Positions 45,912 through 55,490 of a stretch of DNA of 64,000 nt are shown one piece after another. Origin of the DNA: Ardenticatenia bacterium. Lineage in GTDB: Bacteria > Chloroflexota > Anaerolineae > 4572-78 > NAK82. The position numbers and the translations under genes are program-made. The stretch's first letter is position 1. Each line of letters starts with the position of its first letter. Location of the stretch: positions 2,136 through 66,135 of the forward strand of contig QEXY01000163.1 in NCBI GenBank assembly GCA_003130875.1, given 5' to 3'. The notes below the pieces were generated by a model. It saw nothing but the letters and a program-made list of their open reading frames with translations. It was not told the DNA's origin and did no database searches.

Positions 45912-48191
45912 TCAGAACATTGGATCCATCGTCAGCGCCGGATGGCCTACCTTCTCCATCCAGGCCAACAAGCCCTCCACGTCGGTGCAGATGGTCTCGT
46001 CAGCGATCTTGTTGATCAAATCCGGGTCACCTTCTCGCTCTGCCACTGCCTTAAGTTCCTCGGCCATGGTCTGCTTGAGGAAGCTGCTCATCCACACCAC
46101 ACGTTTGAACCCGCCATCCGCCGAGAGGAACTTGGGGCTGGTGAGGAAGTATTTACCGACGCCCATCACACCGGGGGTCTGCAGCCCGCCGCCGGCGATG
46201 CCAGCCAGGGTGCTGAAGGTCATACCCGCCGGCGTCATGCTCGGATCCTCGCGCGACACCACCATCACCCCGTTTGCCTCCGGGATGACCATCACGATGC
46301 ACTCGAAGCAGCCGCATGCGGTCATGGGGTTCTCGGTGATGGAATACATAGCTACCTCGTGCACCGTGCCATGAGATGCCTGCTCGACGAAGGCGTTGGG
46401 CCCCTCCCAATAGCCCTTGACCGGGTCGATCATGCGTCCCTTCTTGATGGGCTGGTTAGGACCGGTGGGGTTGATCTCGTAGCTCGCCTTGCAGTCGAGC
46501 CAGTTGTAGGCGCCGCACAGACCGAGCCGCTGCGGCGTCACCACGCACACGTGGTTGGGCGCGAAGCTCTGGCAGAGGGTGCAGGAGTAGAACTCGTCCA
46601 CCGCCTCGTCGGTCAGGTCAGCCAGTCGCTGGTTGCGATAGGCGTATGCCGCGCGTGCCTTCTCCAACCACTCGGCGTGCAGCGCAGGGTCGGTGATGAT
46701 CTTCACCTGCACTTTGTCGACGATGGCGCCGAAGTCGGCGTGGAAACGGGCGTGCAGGATGTCGCCGAAGTGGCGCAGGGTGAAGCCCTTCTCAGCAGCC
46801 ACCTTGCTGATGCGGATCCAGGTGATGTCGCGCTGGCCGATATGCTGCACACCTGATGCACCGTTGATAAAGTAGTGGATCTGACGCTCCAGCACCGGCT
46901 CGAAATCTTGCTGCATCTTGCGGCCGGCCACCTCGACCAGGATGCCCAGATCCATCGCCCCGCCCACCGGTACATCGTCAAATGAAGGGCCGATGACCTC
47001 GATCTTGCCGTCCTCGACCTGGTCCAGGTCGACCATGCGCAGGTACTCGAAGGCACGGCTGTGCTTGCCACCGAACTCGACGCGCATATCGGCCTTGCGC
47101 ACCACTTCGCCCTCGAACGCTGAGCCGTAGGGCACCGGGATGGGCACCTCGGTCACACGCACCTTGACGCCGCGCACCTCGATGCACTTCTGTACCAACC
47201 GCTCGGCCTTCTCCATGTCATCCTTGCCGGGGATCTCGTTCCACGGCATCGAGATGACATGCTCATAGGGGGTGATGCCGGTAGGCAAAATCTCAGGGAT
47301 GACCGTGTCGGCGATGACGGGGAAGCCGAAGTTGATCGCTCCGGCGGCTGCGGCATACTTCAGGTCGTCCACCTCGCCCAGCGCCAATACGAAAGCAAAG
47401 ACGCGATCTTTGTTATAGAGCAGAATATCGCGTGCCATACCGCCCTTGAGGCCGCCGAAGGTGAGTGCCGAACGGGTGGCAAATCCCAACGCATAGATGG
47501 CGCTGATGGTGTCCAGGCCGAAGGGAACTGTGTAGGTGTCGTAGCCCAGCTCGACACCTTCTTCCATCAACTGGTGCAGGATGCTGCGTCCATTGACATT
47601 GCCGCTCAGGAAGACGAGGATGTTGCGCCGCTGCAGCTCGCGCACAATCTTGACCGCCACCTCGTTGCTCTTGGCGCAGCCGATCACCGCGGCGAAGCCG
47701 GGCATGCGGCCGTCCACCAGCTGGATGCCCCAGCTGCGCAGCTGGATGTCGTCGATGGGGCCGTTGAGATGGCCATCTGCCTCGCCGCCCAGCTGTTCTG
47801 GTGTGTACTGCGTGCCGCCCGCCAGGCGGAAGCCGGGAATGCGTTGCGGCTCCAACTTATAGACGAAGCGGATTGCCTCGATCGCTTCTGCGGCCAAGAG
47901 AGTCGCCATGCCGCTGTCGAGCGTCTCACCCAGATAGGGCGTCCAGTGTTTGCTGGCCGGCAGCGGATGCAACAACGAGCGGGCGTGTTCCAAAACCGGC
48001 TTGAGATGGCCCAGCTTGGTCACCTCGATCCCGGTCATGCCATAAATGACCGGCAGGTAGTAGGCAGTATTGGGAAAGGCCACTGGGGTGTCGGGGCCTT
48101 TCTCGGCCAGAGCTTTTTGCAGCATCAACTCCGCTTCGGTTACTAGGGCATGGGCACCGCGCATTGCGCGCGTGGCGATGTATCGGGACAT
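45912..48191 (-). CDS. acsB: Acetyl-CoA synthase (ACS, bacterial type)
   Basis: FPNTAYYLP. A-cluster ligands CTLCQSFAPNHVC...GLCGA and TACGCFEC are intact. Confidence 0.97.
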   Translation of the reverse strand: MSRYIATRAMRGAHALVTEAELMLQKALAEKGPDTPVAFPNTAYYLPVIYGMTGIEVTKLGHLKPVLEHARSLLHPLPASKHWTPYLGETLDSGMATLLAAEAIEAIRFVYKLEPQRIPGFRLAGGTQYTPEQLGGEADGHLNGPIDDIQLRSWGIQLVDGRMPGFAAVIGCAKSNEVAVKIVRELQRRNILVFLSGNVNGRSILHQLMEEGVELGYDTYTVPFGLDTISAIYALGFATRSALTFGGLKGGMARDILLYNKDRVFAFVLALGEVDDLKYAAAAGAINFGFPVIADTVIPEILPTGITPYEHVISMPWNEIPGKDDMEKAERLVQKCIEVRGVKVRVTEVPIPVPYGSAFEGEVVRKADMRVEFGGKHSRAFEYLRMVDLDQVEDGKIEVIGPSFDDVPVGGAMDLGILVEVAGRKMQQDFEPVLERQIHYFINGASGVQHIGQRDITWIRISKVAAEKGFTLRHFGDILHARFHADFGAIVDKVQVKIITDPALHAEWLEKARAAYAYRNQRLADLTDEAVDEFYSCTLCQSFAPNHVCVVTPQRLGLCGAYNWLDCKASYEINPTGPNQPIKKGRMIDPVKGYWEGPNAFVEQASHGTVHEVAMYSITENPMTACGCFECIVMVIPEANGVMVVSREDPSMTPAGMTFSTLAGIAGGGLQTPGVMGVGKYFLTSPKFLSADGGFKRVVWMSSFLKQTMAEELKAVAEREGDPDLINKIADETICTDVEGLLAWMEKVGHPALTMDPMF

Positions 48192-48194
48192 AGC

Positions 48195-50210
48195 TCACAC
48201 CTCCACACCATATAGAGCAGCACGCCGCTGCGCCAATGGCAACGCCTCCAGCTCGAGCACGCGGCGGTCGCCGCTGCGCCCGAAGCGGCTTGGATCGTAC
48301 GCCGGCAGCTTGAGCGCGGCGCGCTTCTTGTCAATGTGTTCCAACGTGCGGCGGATCATCTCGTCCGGATCGTTGATGAACTCCAGCTTGCCGCCGTAGA
48401 GGCGCTCCCAGCCTTCGCTGAGGTAGCGCAGCACCAGATCGCTGTCCGAGACACGGTCGGGCATGCCGCTCACTGGCGAGGCGCCACCGAAGATGACATA
48501 GGCGCCCGACGCCACACAATAGGTGGCAATGGCCAACGCTTTTTCACTCATCCATTCCGGCGCCAGGCCGACCGCCGGGATCTGGTCGATGTCGTCGCCC
48601 AATCCCCCTTCGGCGACCATCTGCGTGAGCACGGTCAGGATGCGCGAGTTGTCCACGCAGGAGCCGACATGCAACACCGGTGGAATGCCCACCGCCTCGC
48701 ACACCTCGCGCAACCCAGGGCCGACATGCTCCAGGCCCGCTTCACCCACCATCAGCCCAGCTTTGGCGCTGGCGATGGCACCGCAACCGGTCTCCAGGAT
48801 GAGGACATCCTGCTTGAGCAGCTCCTTGGTCACATAGGTGTGCAGATAATCGTGCGGGCTGCGCGGGTTGTTGCAGCCGACGATCGCCGCCGCGCCGCGG
48901 ATGCGCCCGGCCATAATCGCGTCGTTCAGCGGCCGGAAGGAAGCGCGGTAAGTGCCACCCAGCATATAGTTGATATATTCATGCGAGAAGCCTGGGATCA
49001 GATCCTCGCGCACATCCGGGATGCGCGGCTCCGCACGGTTCTTGTAATTGTCGATGGCGCGCTTGAGAATTTGCTTGGCGATCGTCAGCGCCTTGCTCTC
49101 TTCGAACTCGATATGCACGGCGCCCTTGATGCGCACCTTGGGAGATGTGGTGATGATCTCGGTATGGAACTTCTGCGCCAGCGAGACCAGCGCCTGCATG
49201 ATGCATTGCACGTCCACCACCATCGCCTCAACCGCACCGGTGAGGATGGCCAGCTCCTGTTGCAGGAAGTTGCCTGCGGCGGGGATGCCCTGGCGCATCA
49301 GGATCTCATTGGCAGTGCAGCAGATACCGGCCAGGTTGACGCCCTTGGCGCCGGCTGCCTGGGCATAAGCGATGATCTCCGGATCCATCGAGGCGGCCAC
49401 GATCATCTGGCTGAGCGTCGGCTCGTGACCGTGGACCACCACGTTGACCATGTCCCTGCGCAGCACACCCAGGTTGGCCTGTCCCACGATAGGTGCCGGG
49501 GTGCCGAACAGGATATCGGAGATGTCCGTGCCGATCATGCTGCCGCCCCAGCCATCGGCCAGCGCCGTGCGTACCGCCTGCTGGAGCAGGTGCTCCATAT
49601 CTTGATCGTCGCCGATGTGGGTGCGGTGCAGACACTCCACCACCTCGCGGTCAATGCCACGCGGCACCACCCCCAGCTCGCGCCACAGCTTCTGGCGCTT
49701 GGCAGGTGCGCGGCTGATCAGGACAACCTCGCCCTCCTGCTGGCCGAACTGTGCCAGGTAGAGATCGGCCAAGTCGTTGGCGATCTCATTGGGCGAACGT
49801 CCCTCGATCGGGATGCCGTAATGGGCTGCCAGCGTGCGCAATTTGGCCACGTCGCGGATATAGTAGCCCTCGGCATGGCCGTTGGCGGTTGCCTTGAGCG
49901 TCATCGCCATCCCGCGGCCGTGATCGGAGTGTGCCGCAGCGCCGGCAGCGATCATGCGCACCAGATTGCGCGCCTGGATCACGTCGATGGTGGCTCCACA
50001 CACGCCGGTGGCGCCGTCCTTGGTGAGGCGACAGGGGCCCATGCCACACATCTTGCAGCACATGCCGGCGCCGCCGATGTTACACGGCGCCATCGCCTCC
50101 GCACGGCTGAAGGCGGTGCTGACGCCCAACTCTTCGGCGCGCTGCAACATCTGTTGCGCCGCCGGATCCACACTGCGCTTGCTCAGGTCACTTTCCTTTT
50201 CCCTAGCCAT
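48195..50210 (-). CDS. acsA: Anaerobic Ni-CO dehydrogenase catalytic subunit
   Basis: CNIGGAGMCCKMCGMGPC, AAAHSDH, HGHEP, GICCT, GCNN, ETGCG, GSCVDN and SEKA. Confidence 0.97.
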   Translation of the reverse strand: MAREKESDLSKRSVDPAAQQMLQRAEELGVSTAFSRAEAMAPCNIGGAGMCCKMCGMGPCRLTKDGATGVCGATIDVIQARNLVRMIAAGAAAHSDHGRGMAMTLKATANGHAEGYYIRDVAKLRTLAAHYGIPIEGRSPNEIANDLADLYLAQFGQQEGEVVLISRAPAKRQKLWRELGVVPRGIDREVVECLHRTHIGDDQDMEHLLQQAVRTALADGWGGSMIGTDISDILFGTPAPIVGQANLGVLRRDMVNVVVHGHEPTLSQMIVAASMDPEIIAYAQAAGAKGVNLAGICCTANEILMRQGIPAAGNFLQQELAILTGAVEAMVVDVQCIMQALVSLAQKFHTEIITTSPKVRIKGAVHIEFEESKALTIAKQILKRAIDNYKNRAEPRIPDVREDLIPGFSHEYINYMLGGTYRASFRPLNDAIMAGRIRGAAAIVGCNNPRSPHDYLHTYVTKELLKQDVLILETGCGAIASAKAGLMVGEAGLEHVGPGLREVCEAVGIPPVLHVGSCVDNSRILTVLTQMVAEGGLGDDIDQIPAVGLAPEWMSEKALAIATYCVASGAYVIFGGASPVSGMPDRVSDSDLVLRYLSEGWERLYGGKLEFINDPDEMIRRTLEHIDKKRAALKLPAYDPSRFGRSGDRRVLELEALPLAQRRAALYGVEV

Positions 50211-50213
50211 TGA

Positions 50214-50816
50214 CTATTCCTCCTCATTTTGTCTACGCAACACACCAAACCCCGGACACGGCCACAACGGCCGGCCTTGATAATGAACCCGCTGCTCGAA
50301 GCTCACCACCCTTTTAGACTGTTCATAGGCGACCGTATGGCGGAAGTAGGGCTGTTGGCTGCCGTTCTCGGTCACCGCGACCCCGGTCTCGACCGGCAAC
50401 GGCAAATCCCCGGTGTAGCCGGCCTCTTCCAGGCGTTTTTGAATTTCCTCCTTGCTCACCTTGGCTGGATCGTAGGTCACCTCCACGACGTGGAAAGCGC
50501 TGCTGGCATAGATATCCTCGACGCCGGGGATCGCCTCCAGGATGCGCCGCACCTCCAGTACATGGTGGTCACCGTACAGAAGCGGTAATTCGAACACTGC
50601 TGTCTCCATTCTTACCCCCTTTATCCTCAATTGTCTGGCCAGCTCCAGGACCGCTTTGGCCTCGTAGCGGCGATGCCCGCCCAAAGTGCGCACCGCGGGC
50701 AACAACCCCGCCTCGGCCCAGCGCGTCACCGTGCTGGGCGACACGCGAAAGAGCTCCGCCACTTCCGAGCGGGTGAGCAACCGATCACCCTCTTCTTCCA
50801 AACTCCTCAGAAGCAT
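50214..50816 (-). CDS. BldC-like HTH fused in frame to an HMA-like domain (GDHH variant)
   Basis: LLTRSEVAELFRVSPSTVTRWAEAGLLPAVRTLGGHRRY (BldC/MerR-type HTH), then METAVFELPLLYGDHHVLEVRRILEAIPGVEDI...VEVTYDP...LEEAGY (HMA fold). Confidence 0.8.
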   Translation of the reverse strand: MLLRSLEEEGDRLLTRSEVAELFRVSPSTVTRWAEAGLLPAVRTLGGHRRYEAKAVLELARQLRIKGVRMETAVFELPLLYGDHHVLEVRRILEAIPGVEDIYASSAFHVVEVTYDPAKVSKEEIQKRLEEAGYTGDLPLPVETGVAVTENGSQQPYFRHTVAYEQSKRVVSFEQRVHYQGRPLWPCPGFGVLRRQNEEE

Positions 50817-51092
50817 GCGAGCGACCTCCCATCCATTCCATCCGATTGGATCCCTATCCTCAGCGCTGCTATGCTATGTTGCGCGTCTCGCACGCGCACC
50901 ACCAGGCGCTGTCTGTATGCAATTTTGCCTGGGGAATCTCCAAAAATGCAAGAATAGATTGCACTTTTTGCGCGCTTTGAGCGTTTTGCACATTCGCAAC
51001 GAACACAGTTTCTACTATACACCAAGTTGCGCGACAGTGGAAGATACAAATGCACTAAATTATTCATCTGATTGCACTATTGGTGACACTCT

Positions 51093-51773
51093 TCACACAC
51101 CGCTGATGAGGCCGTGCTCCACTGCATAAGCGACTGCTTCCAGGCGGCTGTGCACGTGTAGCTTGGTGAGGATGCTCTGGATATGGTTGCGCACAGTGGG
51201 AGGGCTGACCGATAGGGTCGCGGCAATGGCACGGGTGCTTTGCCCGCGTGCCAGCAATCCGAGGATCTCATATTCGCGGCGCGTCAATCTGCCGCCGGGA
51301 GGAGGAAGGGGCGCAACGGGAGGGAGCGTGACGACATCCCGCTCGCGCAGCCGCTCAACTGCTTCCAGCACACGGGCGACGAATTGCTCGTTGAGCTTGT
51401 TCTGGGTGGCATCGCGGAAGAGCACCACCGCCAGCCATGTCTCGGGGTTTTGCGAGGTCATCAGGGTGATCATGGAGAGGTTGATCCAGCGTGGCTTGCC
51501 CGTTTGGGTGCGCACACATGTGTCGTAGCTGCTCACCGGTATGCCGGCCAGGGCAGCCGCCACTGCCCGACGATTGTGCGCCGTCTGCACAGCGCTGTCG
51601 CTGCCGCAACACTCCAACAAATCCCAACAGTCGCGCCCGACCGCGTCGGCGTGCGAGTAGCCCAGGAGCTGCTGGGCCGCCGCATTCCAATACACGATGC
51701 GCTGTTCGCTATCCACGATGAACACGCCATCCGCTGCGTTGAGGAATGATTGAATCAGGTCGTCTATCGTCAT
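51093..51773 (-). CDS. PAS-domain LuxR-family one-component regulator
   Basis: DGVFIVDSEQRIVYWNAAAQQLLGY (PAS) and LTRREYEIL...TVRNHIQSILTKL (LuxR HTH). Confidence 0.92.
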   Translation of the reverse strand: MTIDDLIQSFLNAADGVFIVDSEQRIVYWNAAAQQLLGYSHADAVGRDCWDLLECCGSDSAVQTAHNRRAVAAALAGIPVSSYDTCVRTQTGKPRWINLSMITLMTSQNPETWLAVVLFRDATQNKLNEQFVARVLEAVERLRERDVVTLPPVAPLPPPGGRLTRREYEILGLLARGQSTRAIAATLSVSPPTVRNHIQSILTKLHVHSRLEAVAYAVEHGLISGV

Positions 51774-52312
51774 AGGCTTCTGTTCTCCCGATGATGCGCT
51801 AGTCACCTGACCGTTTTACCGCGACTGGTTGATCGGCCCAGGTTCTCCAGTAAAAAAATTGGTCGTTCTCAATCCATTTACAAGGGGATGACCGCATGCC
51901 GATCAACCGGTTGTATCATACATGGGAAAGGGAAAAATAAGAAAACTGAGACCGATTCAATGCGTCGCCTAGCTCTGAACCATCCAGCCCCACATCCACG
52001 ACGGGTGCGCGCTCATCGCCCGCCAGAGGTTGGTGGCATCGTACCACTATCCGGGCGAGAGGTGTAATTATGGATGGTACAAAGGTCGACTCGAGTGTAC
52101 GTTGCAGATTGCCTGTTTGGCCCACCACAAGCGCGTCATTCCAATTGACTGGACGGTGGGTTCGATATCTTGCCTGTCCCCACTCCGTTGATCGCTTATC
52201 CGTAAACAAACTATCAGAGAGTTAGAAAATGTTCATTTGCGCAGGCCACATGGGTGGGCTAGAATGCGCACGCCCGATCAGGACCGCTACCGATCAATGG
52301 AGGAACCGAGGC

Positions 52313-53866
52313 ATGGGCCGTCGTGTAATGGGGATTATAGCTGGGAGCGTGCTTCTCTGCTTGCTCTTGAGCGGCACAGCGGCTGCCGCCGAGACCTCTG
52401 AGACGTCGTCCCACAACGCTCTGTCGCCGCTGATACTTCTCACCTTCCTTCTGCCCGCTGGTCTCATTTTGCTCAGCGCCGCTGCCTTCCCAGAGGATCA
52501 GGCGGCAGAGGCGGCTGCCGGCGGCGTGGTCAGCTGGGGAATGGCATGCCTGGCTTACTTCGCGGTCGGTTTCGCCTTTCAGTTTGGCGGCATCGCCATC
52601 GTGTATCCATCCCCTGATCTTGCCGGGCTGTACTGGGAATACTCGCCGCTCGACGTTGCGTGGGGCAGCGGTTGGGGGATGCTGGGTCTGCGGGGATTCC
52701 TGATGGCAGGCCCAGCGGCCACGCCGGGTGCCTTGACCCTCTTTCTTGCGCAACTGCCATTGCTGGGTGTGGCCACGCTAATCGTCCACTTCGCCACATG
52801 GCGCACCACCCACCGCTGGCTGACGCTGCCGCTTGGGCTGCTGATGGGCAGCGTCGCATATCCCTGGTTGGGCAACTGGATTTGGGGAGGCGGCTGGCTG
52901 GCAAACCTCGGCCTGACGATGGCCTACGGACATGGCCTGGTGGACGCTGCCGGCAGCGGACAGGTGGCCCTGTGCGGCGCCGTGGGTGCATTCGCCGCAG
53001 TGTCCGTGTTCCGCGGACGGCCCATTGCGCTACCAGAGAGTCGACTCGATGCCCCGCTGCCACGCGCCCACCTGCCTCTGCTCGGCTGGAGCGGCGCCCT
53101 GTTGATGACCATCGGATGGATGGCCACCTCTCCGATGGCCCATTTTCCCACAGCCACCAACGTCGTGCTGCCCGTGATGGCGGTTAACATGGTCCTGGCA
53201 GCTTTCGGCACCGCTTTTGCTGCCGGTCTGTACACATGGCTCGTTTCCGCGCGGTTGGACGTCCTCATGATAGGCCGTGCCATGGCCGCTGGGCTGGCAG
53301 CGACGGCGGCAGGGGCTCCGTTCCTGCCCGCTTGGGGCGCCTTGACCGTCGGCTTGGTGAGCGGATTGTTGTTGCCCTGGCTTTTGTTCTGGTTCGAAAA
53401 TCGCTTAAACCTGGGGAACGCCGCTGCCGCACTTGCTGTTTTTGGCATACCGGCGGCCTTGGGATTGTTGCTGCCGGGGGTGTTGGCCGATGGACGTCAC
53501 GGCGCCGGATGGAATCGCATCGGGTTCGATGCCTACCTGGGAACGCCCGGGCAGGGTGTGTCAGGCCTCTGGGTGGCAGAGGGATTGACGCCGGACTGGC
53601 CCGGTCAAATGCTCGCGCAGCTCATCGGATTGGCGGCCATCCTGGTTTGGTGCTTTGCAGTTTTCTGGACGCCTCTGAGCATCGCGCGCGCGACAGTGCT
53701 CGCCTGGAGACGCAGTGGTATTGAATTCGGCACCCCACCTCCGCCGGTGCCGTTCGAGGCAGACCCTCCCTCGATGCCTGTGGAAGCGTCGCGGTTCGAC
53801 CCTGTTTCAGAACGGGGAGAGGTCTGCGGCACGGACACGCAGAACGACGAGGCGAACCAGCGTTGA
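52313..53866 (+). CDS. amt: Amt-family membrane protein with degenerate pore residues
   Basis: [27 protein letters not shown] and LAATAAG segments align with AmtB, but both pore His positions are substituted. Confidence 0.8.
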   Translation: MGRRVMGIIAGSVLLCLLLSGTAAAAETSETSSHNALSPLILLTFLLPAGLILLSAAAFPEDQAAEAAAGGVVSWGMACLAYFAVGFAFQFGGIAIVYPSPDLAGLYWEYSPLDVAWGSGWGMLGLRGFLMAGPAATPGALTLFLAQLPLLGVATLIVHFATWRTTHRWLTLPLGLLMGSVAYPWLGNWIWGGGWLANLGLTMAYGHGLVDAAGSGQVALCGAVGAFAAVSVFRGRPIALPESRLDAPLPRAHLPLLGWSGALLMTIGWMATSPMAHFPTATNVVLPVMAVNMVLAAFGTAFAAGLYTWLVSARLDVLMIGRAMAAGLAATAAGAPFLPAWGALTVGLVSGLLLPWLLFWFENRLNLGNAAAALAVFGIPAALGLLLPGVLADGRHGAGWNRIGFDAYLGTPGQGVSGLWVAEGLTPDWPGQMLAQLIGLAAILVWCFAVFWTPLSIARATVLAWRRSGIEFGTPPPPVPFEADPPSMPVEASRFDPVSERGEVCGTDTQNDEANQR

Positions 53867-54960
53867 TGGCGCATTTGCTGCCTAAGATACCCCTCTTCTG
53901 GTGCTTTCACCGTTTTGGATGGCCCGTCCTGCTTCCGTTCAGCCTGGTGGTGAGCGTCAGCTTCCGCTGCAATTCGCGTTGTCAGACGTGCGGAGTGTGG
54001 CGCAAGCCCTCGGATGATATGAGTGCCGCCGAGTGGGAGCAAGTCTTCGCCCGAATCGGACGTGCGCCGGTGTATATCACCTTCACCGGAGGAGAGCCGT
54101 TCCTGCGTCGCGATCTGGGCGAAATCGTTTTGAGTGCTTATCGGCATTGCCGGCCCTCGATGATCACCATCCCCACCAACGGACTGCTCACCGAGCGCAT
54201 TGTTGAACAGGTTCATCATATCTGCACAGAAGCTCCCCAAACCCAGATTGGCATCAACCTCTCACTGGACGAAGCAGAAGAGCGACACGATGTGATCCGA
54301 GGTGTGCCGGGCAATTGGCAGCGCGCTATGCAGACGTGGCAGGCGCTCAAGGAGATGCAACCCCGCTATCCCAACCTGCTCTTGAGCGTACACACAGTCA
54401 TCAGCAAATTCAATGTGGAGCGTTTTTACGAGCTCTATGCTGCCCTGCAGGCGCTGCAACCGGACAGTTACATCACGGAGATTGCCGAGGAGCGCGTGGA
54501 ACTGGACACCGTCGGGTGGCAGATCACCCCTTCGGCGGCGGAATATGCGCCTTTGGCGGACTTCCTGACCCAGCAGGCAAGCCAGGCAACCCAGCGCAGC
54601 AGAGCACGCGTGACCCAGGCGTTTCGAGCAGAGTATTACCAGCTCGCCAAGCGCATTTTGTTCGAGCAGCGTCAGGTGATCCCCTGCTATGCTGGCTGGG
54701 CGAGTGGCCATATCGCCCCCAATGGCGATGTCTGGAGCTGCTGCATCCGTGCCGAATCGGTGGGCAATCTGCGCGAGCACGGCTACGACCTGCGCACCAT
54801 CTGGCGAGGAGAGCGGATGAGGAAATTGCGCCGCAGCATCTACCAGCGGGAATGCGCATGTCCGATGGCGAATGCCAGTTATGCAAACATGCTCCTTCAC
54901 TGGCCCACATTGCAACGGGTGATGCGGCGTCTGTGGCCCCGGCACATATCCAAGGAGTGA
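53866..54960 (+). CDS. Radical SAM protein with SPASM/twitch domain
   Basis: [19 protein letters not shown] and CYAGW...GDVWSCC...C.CP. TGATG overlap with the amt stop. Confidence 0.9.
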   Translation: MAHLLPKIPLFWCFHRFGWPVLLPFSLVVSVSFRCNSRCQTCGVWRKPSDDMSAAEWEQVFARIGRAPVYITFTGGEPFLRRDLGEIVLSAYRHCRPSMITIPTNGLLTERIVEQVHHICTEAPQTQIGINLSLDEAEERHDVIRGVPGNWQRAMQTWQALKEMQPRYPNLLLSVHTVISKFNVERFYELYAALQALQPDSYITEIAEERVELDTVGWQITPSAAEYAPLADFLTQQASQATQRSRARVTQAFRAEYYQLAKRILFEQRQVIPCYAGWASGHIAPNGDVWSCCIRAESVGNLREHGYDLRTIWRGERMRKLRRSIYQRECACPMANASYANMLLHWPTLQRVMRRLWPRHISKE

Positions 54961-55067
54961 GCGTCCGATCTCCCTCGCAGGTGGCAGGCAACTTTGCGCA
55001 GCACGGGCAGCAGCTATAGTATTCGCTGTCATACGGACGACTGGGAATCACCGAGGAGTGACGAACG

Positions 55068-55490
55068 ATGAGCGAGCTGCAAAAAGATGATCTGCGAACC
55101 TGGCTGCCCTTCCCATTCGAGCAAGCTGTCGAGCGCACCAAAGAAGCTCTGAAGGTTGAGGGGTTTGGTGTTCTGACCGAGATAGATGTACAGGCAACAT
55201 TGAAAAAGAAGCTGGATGCCGATTTCCGCAAGTACGTGATCCTGGGGGCGTGTAATCCCCCTCTCGCCCACCGGGCATTTCAGGCGGAGCTGGAAATCGG
55301 GCTCCTGATGCCGTGCAATGTCATCGTATATGAAGAGGGCACAGGCAGTGTCGTCTCCATTATGGACCCTGCGCTGATGAGCAAGTGGTTGGATAACCCG
55401 GCGATGATCTCTTTAGCGGATGAGGCGCGCGCTAAGTTAGAGCGCGTGATCCATTCCCTTCGCGCTGATGTTCAGGGAGCTGCTGAATGA
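55068..55490 (+). CDS. DUF302-domain protein
   Basis: EGFGVLTEIDVQATLKKKL...ILGACNP...IGLLMPCNVIVYE. Confidence 0.9.
   Translation: MSELQKDDLRTWLPFPFEQAVERTKEALKVEGFGVLTEIDVQATLKKKLDADFRKYVILGACNPPLAHRAFQAELEIGLLMPCNVIVYEEGTGSVVSIMDPALMSKWLDNPAMISLADEARAKLERVIHSLRADVQGAAE

Noticed and set aside
48336-50213. Long antisense ORFs opposite acsA, acsV, hppA and hypF (for example 625 aa and 522 aa)
   Set aside because: They are typical high-GC antisense shadows of strongly conserved genes, with no independent motifs.
51916-52209. 97-aa minus ORF and the GTCGACTCGAG (SalI/XhoI) string suggesting a vector polylinker
   Set aside because: There is no motif or RBS, and two overlapping 6-mers are expected by chance in 64 kb with no other vector features.
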